Assembly: GCA_963823665.1 (NCBI GenBank)
Contig: CAWGMQ010000004.1
Span: 2,688,001-2,752,000 of the forward strand
Reading direction: 5' to 3'
DNA from: an uncultured Planctomycetota bacterium
GTDB lineage: Bacteria > Planctomycetota > Planctomycetia > Isosphaerales > Isosphaeraceae
DNA: 64,000 bases
Shown: one piece after another, positions 40,133 through 49,800 of the stretch
How positions within the stretch are numbered: position 1 is the stretch's first letter
Layout of the letters: each line of letters starts with the position of its first letter
Translations under genes and position numbers: made by a program
The notes under the pieces: generated by a model
Databases searched by the model: none
Told to the model about the DNA's origin: nothing
The model's input: the letters and a program-made list of their open reading frames with translations, nothing else

Positions 40133-41512
40133 ATGCCGACCCCGGAATTGATGAGTGACGAGCTCGACCCCGGCTCCGGCGAGGGGAAATGGAATTCCTG
40201 GCTCAACAAGCTCGGCCTGCACCGGAGCGAGCTGCGCGCGTGGGCGATGTACGACTGGGCGAATTCGGCAGTGATGACCACCATCATCACCGCGGTTTTT
40301 CCCATCTACTACGAGAAGGTCGCCTGCAAGGGAGTGGTCGGGGTCGAGGAAGCCACGCAACGGTATGCAACCGCCACCGTGATCGGCATGCTGATCATCG
40401 CGCTCTTGTCACCCGTGCTGGGAACGATTGCCGACTTGAAGGGCGACAAGAAGAAAATGCTGGGCGGATTCATGGCTCTGGGGGTTTCCTCGGTCGCCGG
40501 GATGTTCTTCATCTACCAGGGACAATGGCTGCTGGCTTCCGTCCTTTTCATCCTCGCCAATATCGGCGTGAACGGCAGCTTCGTCTTCTACGACGCTTTG
40601 CTGCCGCACGTTGCGGGCAAAGACGAGATCGACCGGGTTTCGACGGCTGGCTACGCCTTTGGCTACATCGGCGGCGGCACTCTGCTGGCGATCAACCTCG
40701 CGTGGATCATGAAGCCCGCCTGGTTCGGTCTACCGACGGTGTCAGATACTTCGGCGCAGGGCACACTGCCCACGCGTCTGGCATTCCTTTCGGTCGCTGT
40801 CTGGTGGCTGGTTTTCTCGATCCCGCTGTTCCGCCGGGTGCACGAGCCAGCGGCCTCCGCCGCCGGGATTACCGAACGATTTCCGGTGCGGGCTGCATTC
40901 GCGCGCCTGTGGGAAACAGCCCGCGGCTTGGGCTCGCACCGTCAGGCCTTCCTGATGCTGCTCGCTTTCCTGATCTATAACGACGGCATCGGCACGATCA
41001 TCCGCATGGCGTCGAGCTATGGCGCGGTGATCGGCATCGATACGACGGTCATGATCGCCTCGATCGTGATCGTGCAATTCGTCGGGATTCCGTTCGCCTT
41101 CCTCTTTGGAATGCTGGCCCAGCGCATCGGCGCCAAGCGCTCGATCGGAGTCGGGCTGGTCGCCTACATGGCGATCTGCGTCCTCGGCTATTTCATGACG
41201 AGCGCGATCCACTTCGTGGCGCTGGCGGCCCTGGTGGGGGCGGTGCAGGGGGGAACGCAAGCCCTGAGCCGCTCGCTCTTCGCCAGCATGATTCCGCGCG
41301 ACAAGTCGGGCGAATTCTTCGGGTTCTTCGGTGTCGCTGAGAAATTCGCCGGGATCCTCGGGCCGGCCGTGTTTTCGGTCGCACCCAGCCGCACTGCCAT
41401 TCTGGCCGTGATCGCATTCTTCATTGTCGGTGGCTTGATGTTGTTCTTCGTCGACGTCGCCGCCGGCCAGCGCAAGGCGCGGGCCGACGAGGTTGGGCCA
41501 CTCTTCGAGTGA
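40133..41512 (+). CDS. MFS transporter, UMF1/Atg22-like
   Basis: AWAMYDWANS, FYDALLP, RVSTAGYAFGYIGG, YNDGIGT, QALSRSLF, EFFGF. Confidence 0.9.
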   Translation: MPTPELMSDELDPGSGEGKWNSWLNKLGLHRSELRAWAMYDWANSAVMTTIITAVFPIYYEKVACKGVVGVEEATQRYATATVIGMLIIALLSPVLGTIADLKGDKKKMLGGFMALGVSSVAGMFFIYQGQWLLASVLFILANIGVNGSFVFYDALLPHVAGKDEIDRVSTAGYAFGYIGGGTLLAINLAWIMKPAWFGLPTVSDTSAQGTLPTRLAFLSVAVWWLVFSIPLFRRVHEPAASAAGITERFPVRAAFARLWETARGLGSHRQAFLMLLAFLIYNDGIGTIIRMASSYGAVIGIDTTVMIASIVIVQFVGIPFAFLFGMLAQRIGAKRSIGVGLVAYMAICVLGYFMTSAIHFVALAALVGAVQGGTQALSRSLFASMIPRDKSGEFFGFFGVAEKFAGILGPAVFSVAPSRTAILAVIAFFIVGGLMLFFVDVAAGQRKARADEVGPLFE

Positions 41513-41521
41513 GGCGTCAGG

Positions 41522-42376
41522 TCAGGCTCTCGTCAAACGCTTCTGCCAGTGGGAAATGCTAATGGCCCAGGAAACGCCCAGGTAGAACGCGGGATAACAC
41601 AAGGATATCCAAGCCCATTGCAGGGTCGATGCGCTCGAGACGGTCTGCGTCTCTCCCGGAAGCTTCCAGATCAGCCAGAAGAACAGAACCGTCCAGGGAA
41701 TGCCGAGCACGGTTGCCAGCCGATTGATCCTGCCCGGCTGTGACGGGTAGAGGTGGCGCGTGGGCACGAAGGTCAGTATCGCCAGCACGACGATGACGCC
41801 GAGCGACGGCCATGGACCTAGCGGCAGCATATAGAGGTAAAAAGCGACGACGTTCCAGAGGGAGGGGAAGCCGAGGAAATAGCCATCGTCGGTCTTGGCC
41901 TGCACCTGGCAAAAACCGTACGCGCTGGCGACGAGCGGCAGGAACAACCAGGGTTCCTGACCGGGCGGCAAGATTCCGGCCCGCCAGATCAGAAGCAGTG
42001 GAAGAAACGTGTAGGTGAGAAAGTCGACCAGGTCATCGAGCCTGCGGCCGTCGAAGCTTGGAACGACTTCCTTGATTCGCACCTTGCGCGCCAGAAAGCC
42101 GTCGGTCGAATCGACAATGGTCGCGGCGGCCATCAGCAGAAACGACCATCGGAACGCTGCGGGACCCCCGTCGACCAAAAGCACGGCGATCAGGCCGGCC
42201 GCGATCAGCCCGAGTGCCGTATAGGCATGCACGCACCATCCCAGGAAGCGCTCGACCGTTCCTGCCGGTCTGGCGGGCCGGGGATGGGCGGGTTTCTGCC
42301 GTTTCCGGACCTGAAGCTTGACCAGCGTCGCCGACCGTCTGGCGATCCTTCTTAGCCCGGATTCATTGGTTCTCAT
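41522..42376 (-). CDS. pcs: Phosphatidylcholine synthase-like CDP-alcohol phosphatidyltransferase
   Basis: VHAYTALG, VDSTDGFLARKVRIKEVVPSFDGRRLDDLVDFLTY, YFLGFPSLWN. Confidence 0.82.
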   Translation of the reverse strand: MRTNESGLRRIARRSATLVKLQVRKRQKPAHPRPARPAGTVERFLGWCVHAYTALGLIAAGLIAVLLVDGGPAAFRWSFLLMAAATIVDSTDGFLARKVRIKEVVPSFDGRRLDDLVDFLTYTFLPLLLIWRAGILPPGQEPWLFLPLVASAYGFCQVQAKTDDGYFLGFPSLWNVVAFYLYMLPLGPWPSLGVIVVLAILTFVPTRHLYPSQPGRINRLATVLGIPWTVLFFWLIWKLPGETQTVSSASTLQWAWISLCYPAFYLGVSWAISISHWQKRLTRA

Positions 42377-44013
42377 GATCGAGCCGCTTCTGGTTCACCC
42401 GATGCGTACAGGCCGATCCAGCCGTTTTCAACCGTTTGATTCTTCGATTCCGCGGGATTCTGGTCAAGGTCTTCTGCTGCAGCGTGCACTGCCACGATGC
42501 CGGTCCGCTTTCGTTGATAGAGAACATAATACGCAGCACCGGCTGCAACGAGCGAGAGGGTTGCCAGGGGCGCCGCAAACCGGCCCAAGGGATGCTCCCC
42601 GTAAATCTCCAAGCGCGGCCAGCTCATATTGATCACGACGAACAGCCCCCAAAGCGCGGCGGCGACGTTGACCGGCAAACCAAATCGCCCCAGAGAGAAA
42701 TACGCCCGCGGCGCGGCGGCATTGGGTCCATTGCGTGGAGCATCTTGGCGATGCAGGGACGAGCCCGGTGCAGGCGCAGGTGATTTTCGCCGCGATATCA
42801 AGAGTGGAATGGTGACCATCAGATATGCCAGGTTGGCCCAGATGACGGCCATCGAACAGAGCAATTCGATCACGTTGGGAAGGCTCGAGTTCACAATCAG
42901 GATCGCGCCGGCCAGGAAACCGATCACGAGCGCAGGGACACCCGGCGCCCGGGTGCGCGGCGAGACGTGCGAAAGCACGTCGGCAAAGGGAAGGTTCCGA
43001 TCGCGCGCCATCGCGAACATCAGCCGGACTGCTGCGGCGTGTACGGCCAGCGCGCACACGAAGACGGCGAAGATCACTTCAACCAGGAGCAGGACACCGA
43101 GCTTATCTCCGAGGACATTTCTGACCAGAAACGGCAGGCCGCCCGAGATCGTGCCGAGCTCCTCGAGAGCGGGGTCGCTGACGGCGAGAATGCCGAAGAG
43201 AATGAGCAGCGCGCCCGCGAGCCCGGCGGCGGCGAGTGCTCGCAGGATCGCCCAGGGCGCGCGCCGGCGCGGGTCGCCGGTCTCCTCGGCGAGGGCCCCT
43301 GCGGTGTCGAACCCGTACATCACGTACGACGCCATGAGGGCAGCCGCCAGGAAAGGGCCGAGGTAGCCGAAGGGTTGTCCTTGTCCTTTCCCCATCGTGT
43401 CGAACAGGATCACCGGCCCGCGGCGAACTCTGAGCGCGAGCAGCACGATCAAGAGTCCCACTCCGCAAAGCTCGGCGATCACGCCGACGTTGTTGATTCG
43501 CGCGAGATGCCGCACTCCGATCGAATTAATCAGTGTCGAGACTGCGATCAGCGCGCAGCCCAGCAAGACCGCGTTCAAGGCCGCGCTCGAGCGATCGCCG
43601 GGATCACCGACGAGCTGAAACGCAGGCGCGATCTGAGGCAAGGTCGCCTGCAAGGCCAGGGCGACGGCAGCCAGGCTGATGACCGATCCCGAGAGGTACA
43701 CCCAGCCCGCCATCCAGCCGATCGAACGCGAGCTGAGCCTGGCGGACCATTGATAGACACCGCCCGAGAGGGGATATCTTGCCGCGAGCTCCGCGAAACA
43801 GAGAGCGACTGCGCCCTGGCCAAGGAAGACGGCCGGCCAGGTCCAGTAAAAGGCCGGCCCCCCCGCGCGGTATCCCAGATAGAACGTCTGGAAGACGCCC
43901 GTCAGGACCGAGATGTACGAAAACCCCGCGGCAAATGACGAAAAGCTGCCGAGCGTCCGGTCGAGAACCTGCTTGTAGCCGAAGGTGGCGAGGTCTCGAG
44001 TGTCGTCCGACAT
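42373..44013 (-). CDS. APC-family amino acid/amine permease
   Basis: GYKQVLDR.LG.FSSFA.GFSYIS, FAELAARYPLSGGVYQWS, YGFDTAGALAEET; stop overlaps pcs start. Confidence 0.9.
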   Translation of the reverse strand: MSDDTRDLATFGYKQVLDRTLGSFSSFAAGFSYISVLTGVFQTFYLGYRAGGPAFYWTWPAVFLGQGAVALCFAELAARYPLSGGVYQWSARLSSRSIGWMAGWVYLSGSVISLAAVALALQATLPQIAPAFQLVGDPGDRSSAALNAVLLGCALIAVSTLINSIGVRHLARINNVGVIAELCGVGLLIVLLALRVRRGPVILFDTMGKGQGQPFGYLGPFLAAALMASYVMYGFDTAGALAEETGDPRRRAPWAILRALAAAGLAGALLILFGILAVSDPALEELGTISGGLPFLVRNVLGDKLGVLLLVEVIFAVFVCALAVHAAAVRLMFAMARDRNLPFADVLSHVSPRTRAPGVPALVIGFLAGAILIVNSSLPNVIELLCSMAVIWANLAYLMVTIPLLISRRKSPAPAPGSSLHRQDAPRNGPNAAAPRAYFSLGRFGLPVNVAAALWGLFVVINMSWPRLEIYGEHPLGRFAAPLATLSLVAAGAAYYVLYQRKRTGIVAVHAAAEDLDQNPAESKNQTVENGWIGLYASGEPEAARS

Positions 44014-44021
44014 GCCGGGGA

Positions 44022-44832
44022 TCAGCCTTTTCTGGTCGCCAGGAAATTGCCCCACTTCATGTCGCCGTTCTTGCAGAAGCCGACTTTCATCTCCCAGCGA
44101 TCGACCAGGTACTTCAAGTCGGCCTCGGAGAACGCCGCAAGGAACTCGCCCGAATGATCGACAAGTCGAGCGGTTTCACTGTTCAAAATCTCGACGAATC
44201 GCGCAGTCGCGTCGTCGACGACCACGTCGCTAAAACCCGCGGCCTCGAGCAATCGGCCGTATTGCGCGGGCTCGACGACGTTATAGCCGGTGGATTCGAT
44301 GTATTTCTCGAACTCCGGCGATGCGGGTGTCTTTCCCCGAGCGTAATCCGTGATCACGAGCCGTCCGCCGGGAGCCGAGAGGTCAAAAAGCCGCGAAAAC
44401 AGCCGGCCCTTGTCGGGAATATGCATGAACGCATCGCGGCTCCAGATGATGTCGAATGGCTCCGCGAACTTCTCTTCGAGCACGTCTCCCAGCACGAACT
44501 TGCACCGAGTCATTCATTCCGAGTTCCGCCGCGCGCTCGTGGGCCACGGCAACCATTTCTTCCGCCAGGTCGATGCCGATGACCTTGGCACCATACGTCT
44601 TTGCCAGGTGAAATGCCGCTCCTCCGATGCCGCTGCCGACGTCGAGCACGCGAGCGCCTGCTCGCAATGACGGGCTCAGCCGGGCGCACAGGTCGTCGGT
44701 CGTCCGGGCGCCGCCGGTGCTGATGTAACCCGCGCCGAAGATCATCTCGTATCTCAAGATGCTGCTGCGGCTGTACTGGCCATGATTGTCGAACTTGGGT
44801 CGGGCGGCTGGCGCCGCGGGGGTCGTCGTCAT
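44022..44832 (-). CDS. SAM-dependent phosphoethanolamine N-methyltransferase-like protein, frameshift near 44505
   Basis: DNHGQYSRSSILRYEMIFGAGYISTGG, VLDVGSGIGG, FDIIWSRDAFMHIPDK, PGGRLVITDY, WGNFLA: matches plant PEAMT C-domain / nematode PMT-2 / Plasmodium PMT pattern. Confidence 0.82.
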
Positions 44833-44920
44833 GTGGTCTCTCAAATTGAAAACCGGCCAGCTCGCTGGCGGATGATCTCGGTTCCGCAACTACCAAAGAC
44901 GGCGGGCCGGGATGCTTATT

Positions 44921-45922
44921 CTACTCGAGAGCCGCCCGCGCGGCACGATAAGCCTCGAGATTCTCGCGGGCGTAGCTCGCGTAGTCGAACTCGATGTCGG
45001 ACGCGACCGTCTGGATGGTCGACCAGAGCGTTTCGCGCAGAAGTGCGACAACCCGGAAGATCTGGAACTCAGCCAGGGCCGCCGTGGGCAACGGGCCCGG
45101 ATAGGCATCGACCAAGGCACGCTGTGCCGCGGCGCTCATTCCCGCAGCGGTCGTCGCATGCGCCAGATCGAAAAGTGGATGGCCCACGCCCGCGTATTCC
45201 CAGTCGAGCAGCCAGAACCGTCGGCCGTCGTCAATCACGTTCGCCGGCATCATGTCGTTGTGACAGAGGACCGGGCGAAACGGCGCGATCCGCCGTGATA
45301 GAGCGGTGATATCTTCAATAATCTGATTGATGTCGTGCGGAAGTGACGCTTTGAGCCGCGCCGCGGTGTGCGCATAGGTGCGCACGGTCTGAAACGCGCA
45401 GAAATAGAGAACCTCGCCCGTCAAGACGGCCCAACCTTCGTGCAGGTGGCCAAGCAGGGCCGCCAGGCGAGGGAGCATGGCCGGCTCGCGAATTGTGACT
45501 GGATCAAGTGTTCGACCGTCGACGAACCGGGTCACCAGGAGCCCGCGCTCGTGATGAATGATCTCGGGCGCCAGACCGCGAAGGCTGGCGGCCTGGTGAC
45601 ACACCATTTCGTTCCGCCGGTCGACCCCAACGAGCGGGAGCTCATGGCAGATGCGAGCAAAATACGATTGCCCTCCCGTTCGAACTGCGAAGTTGCGGTT
45701 CGAGAGCCCGCCCGAGATCGGCTCGATCGAGAACGCACCGCGCACGAGACCAAGCTTCCGAAGCCGATCGATCAGCTCTCGCTCCGGGCGATTGCGCCGA
45801 CGCCTGAAAGGAAGCCGCTGTACACCCAGCGCACGCTTCCAGTCGAGCTTTAGCTTGGCGACCGGACCGCCGTGGTTCCGGTCCGGCGCAAACAGCATCG
45901 ATTCGTGTTCGTTGGAAAACAC
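44921..45922 (-). CDS. Choline/ethanolamine kinase (APH-like) family
   Basis: ISGGLSNRNF, GVDRRNE, LCHNDMMPAN, LLDWEYAG.GHPLFDLA; start uncertain. Confidence 0.85.
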   Translation of the reverse strand: MFSNEHESMLFAPDRNHGGPVAKLKLDWKRALGVQRLPFRRRRNRPERELIDRLRKLGLVRGAFSIEPISGGLSNRNFAVRTGGQSYFARICHELPLVGVDRRNEMVCHQAASLRGLAPEIIHHERGLLVTRFVDGRTLDPVTIREPAMLPRLAALLGHLHEGWAVLTGEVLYFCAFQTVRTYAHTAARLKASLPHDINQIIEDITALSRRIAPFRPVLCHNDMMPANVIDDGRRFWLLDWEYAGVGHPLFDLAHATTAAGMSAAAQRALVDAYPGPLPTAALAEFQIFRVVALLRETLWSTIQTVASDIEFDYASYARENLEAYRAARAALE

Positions 45923-46053
45923 AGAATTGTTTCCAGGCGGTGGGGGCGTCAGCGTGAACGCGCTGCGGTCAATTGAACGATGGATTATACTGCCCGGGAG
46001 AATGCCTACGCGATGGTCAAGCCGTCATTTCGGATCCGGATAGGAGGAATCGC

Positions 46054-46866
46054 ATGGCGACTGCCCCCCACCGCCCGCGGGCCCGCAAGGTTGAATACCC
46101 TACCAGCGACGGAAAGCCCATGGCGGAAACTGAAATCCACCGTGACGACATGATCGACCTGATCCAGACGTTGCAGCACCACTATGCCGACGCGCCGATG
46201 GTTTGTGTATCAGGCAACATGCTGATGTACTATGAGGAAGGAAATCGTCGCAAGCATCTCTCTCCGGACGTCTTCGTCGTGCGGGGCATTCTTAACAAGG
46301 AGCGCAAATATTACCTCATCTGGGAGGAAGGGAAGGCGCCGGATGTGGTGATCGAGATCACCTCGAAAACGACCAAACGCGAAGACCAGGGGAAGAAACG
46401 CGACCTCTATCGCGACGTCTTGCGCGTGCCGGAATACTTCCTGTTCGATCCGACGGAAGATTATCTGAAGCCGCCGCTGCAAGGTTTTCGTCTGGAGGGC
46501 GACGAGTACATTCGGATCGAACCCATCGACGGCCGGCTTCCCAGCGAAGTTCTCGGGCTACACCTCGAGCGAGATGGAAAAGAGCTCCGGCTCTACGATC
46601 CCGAAATGCGCTCTCGGCTGTCGAAACCCCGCGAGCGACAAAAAGCGGCCGAGCAGCGAGCGGAGACGGCCGAGCAGCGAGCGGAGACGGCCGAGCAGCG
46701 AGCGGAGACGGCCGAGCAGCGAGCGGAGACGGCCGAGCAGCGAGCGAAGACGGCTGAGCAACGAGCAGAGGCTGAGAGCGTTCTCAATCAAAAGATCGCC
46801 GCCGAGAAGGAAGAACTCGAGCGCGAGCTAGAAGCTCTCCGCCGGAAGTCGAGCTCGGGCCATTAA
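46054..46866 (+). CDS. Uma2/DUF820 family protein with C-terminal coiled-coil repeat
   Basis: YPTSDGKPMAET, SPDVFVV, PDVVIEITS, VPEYFLFDP; AGGAGG RBS. Confidence 0.9.
   Translation: MATAPHRPRARKVEYPTSDGKPMAETEIHRDDMIDLIQTLQHHYADAPMVCVSGNMLMYYEEGNRRKHLSPDVFVVRGILNKERKYYLIWEEGKAPDVVIEITSKTTKREDQGKKRDLYRDVLRVPEYFLFDPTEDYLKPPLQGFRLEGDEYIRIEPIDGRLPSEVLGLHLERDGKELRLYDPEMRSRLSKPRERQKAAEQRAETAEQRAETAEQRAETAEQRAETAEQRAKTAEQRAEAESVLNQKIAAEKEELERELEALRRKSSSGH
46648..46770 (+). repeat. 21-bp coding tandem repeat (AEQRAET), ~6 copies
   Basis: GCCGAGCAGCGAGCGGAGACG x4 exact, followed by two degenerate copies. Confidence 0.95.
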
Positions 46867-49800
46867 TTACCGCCGGCCCATCCGCTCAAGCGCCCTGCCA
46901 GCCATCGCACCCGCCAGAGCAGGGGACCCAGACCGCGATTTCCTCGCATCCACATCTGCCACGATCGACGGCGCCTGAAAGACAAACGGCGGCGACTTGA
47001 GTCGCACACGCACACCCGCCGAGCCGCCAATCGGCGGCAGAATCGTCCGTGCCGTTCCTCCCCGGCCTCGGCTGACCGAGCCGCTCAATATCGTCTTCCT
47101 GGCCACCGTGCCGATCAAATCCAGTTCGGCCGCATTTCCGGACGCGCTGCGAAACATCTCCATGAACCCGCCTTTGGTCAACTGGAGCGACACGACATTT
47201 CGCGAAGAGTCCGTATAGACGAGCCGTTTCCCAGCCCCAAACGTGACGTAGAGCGGAGTGCCGACAATCCCGTTGAAACCGATCAGCAAGTTGTTCGACG
47301 AGTCTGTCAATCCATTGTTCAAAAGCGTGCTCGTCTGCCCGTCAACCGTCACCTGCCAGAAGGTGTTGGGCGATAAGGGAACACTCGGGGTAATCGTCAC
47401 AGTCTGCGACGCCGCGTTGTAGACCGCCGAGCTCAGGCTGACGTAATTTCCGGCGCTGCTGCCGAAAGTTCCATTCGCTCCGGCCGAGTATGCGAAGTAA
47501 CCGAAGCTGGCCAGATTCTGCGCTCGCACGGCAACCAGCGGCTTGCTGAAGCCAAGCACGATTGCCGAGATCGCCTGGCCGCTCATGATCAACTGCTCGG
47601 AGGTCAGCCTGGGGGCGACCAGGTTGATCGGCGGTGGTGGTGGCGGGGGCGGTGCGGGTAGCTCGCTGATCGAGAGCGTCGCGGTGCCGATCGCCCCGAG
47701 CGTGGCCCCGTCGCCAGGCTGGCTGAGCGTCAAATTGACCGTCGTCGTTGCGGCCGACTGACTGAGATTGGGAAGGATCGTGATCGGAAAGGTCTGCAAC
47801 GAGTAAGGCTGGCCGGGCAGAAACGTCAATATTCCCGAAGCAGCAGCATATTGCTTGCCCGCGATCGCGGTGCCGTTGCTGGTGGCGTACGAGACCGTCA
47901 CGAGCGCGCTCAAGTTGCCCACGCGCTCGACCTGAATGTTTGCCACGCCCGCCGCGGAATTGACGGCATACTGCGCCGTCGTGAACTGCACGCTCACGGG
48001 CTGTGCAGTCAGGTCGGCTGCGAATTCCGAGGTATCGCCTGTGGCTAGATTTGTTGCGGTGGCGCTGACCCAGGTGTTCGCCGGAATGCCGTTTTGCGGT
48101 GACAGCAAGGCCACGGCCAATCCATTCGCGCCGGTCGTGACTGCCTGAGATCCCAGCAGGGTTTGCCCCTGGCCGTAACCGGTCGGATCGGGCGTCGTGT
48201 TGCTGAAGAACTGGATGAGGAACGACGTATTCGGGAGGCTGCTCAAGCTTGCCTGCGCTGCACCTGCTGCTCCGCCGACGACGGCAGTCATCACCGGCGT
48301 GTTCTCTAGATCGTTGGGCCCGACCCGCACACCCGGGCCATTTGGAGTGACACCACTGGGAGGGTCGCCCGCCGCGACCAGATCGATGCCCAGGTGTCCG
48401 TTCGAGAAGATGCTGTTTGAGAGGATCGAGTCGCCCGTTCCCGACTGCACGCTCACCCCTGCCGCCACGCTAAACGCAATCGTGTTCCCAGCTCCCGTCG
48501 CCGTTCCCCCGATCGTATTGTTCGAGGCGCCATTGCTCACGATCACTCCGTTGATCTCGTTGCCCAGATTCAGTGTGCCGCTCGTATCGGTTCCAACGTA
48601 GTTTCCTTCGATGACGTTGAGCTCGGCGGTCGAGCCGTCGAGGCGAATTCCCCACTGGTTGGCGGAGATCACGTTGCGCGCCGCGGAGCTCGTGCCACCC
48701 ACCGTGTTGCCAAAGGCACCTTCGATCAGGACCCCCTCGCCCGAGTTGCCCAGCTCGGCCGTGCCCGACTTGTCGGTGCCGACCAGGTTGCCCTCGATCA
48801 GGTTCTGGGTCGACGTGGCGCCGTCGATCTCGATGCCCACGAGGTTGCCCGAAATCACTTGCTCACTCTGGCTGTCTCCTTCGATCGTGTTGCCGGACGC
48901 GTTGTCGATCTGGATGCCGCTTTGGGCATTGCCCAGGTCGGCAGTGCCCGTGGAATCGGTGCCGATCAAGTTACCCTGGACGGTCACGCCCTGGGCCAAC
49001 GCACCGGAGATCAGGACGCCGATCAGGTTGTCCGAGATGACATTGCCGGTGCCGATCAGCGTGCCGGGCGAGTAGTCGGCCACACCGGCGCCCGACATTG
49101 CCGAGCGCCGCCGTGCCGTCCGCGGTCAAACCGATGATGTCGTTCTCGATCGAGTTACCTGTCGCGTTCGCGCCCGTCACGTAAACGCCAGCCCCTTTGT
49201 TCGAGGAGATCACGTTGCCATCGGCCGACGCGGGGCCGCCGACCATGTTGTCCGGCGCGTCGTCGATGCGCACGCCGTCGGCCGAATTGCCGGGCTGTCC
49301 GTTGCCGAATGCGTAGCCGCCTCCGGGTGCCGCGCCGATGTAGTTGGCCTCGACAAGATTACTCGTCGCACCGACTCCGATGATATGCACGCCAAATCCG
49401 TGATTCGCCGAAATGACGTTGCCCGACCCCGAGGCAGCGCCGCCGATGACATTGCTTGATGAATAGACGATTCCCGATGGATTGCCGGCGCTTCCCGACG
49501 ACTCGATGGCGACTCCGTCCGAACCATTGCCGGCTGTGAAATAGAGCCCGCTCGAGGCGGGCCCGATTACCCCGATCTCATTGCCAAGAATCTGGTTGCC
49601 CGATGCCCCGGGTATCAGCAAGACGCCTTGCCCCCCGTTGCCGCTGATCACGTTTGCGTCCTGGGGCTTGGTGCCGCCTACCGTCGCGTTGGCGGAGCCG
49701 AGTGAGATCCCTTCCTGAGTGTTGCCTAGCCCTCCTAGCGCCACGTTGTTCGGCGACGGGCAGCGCGATACCCGTCAGCGGATCGACGGGATAGACCAGA

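Noticed and set aside
46648..46770. CRISPR array
   Set aside because: Head-to-tail repeats without spacers, in frame inside a CDS; no cas genes
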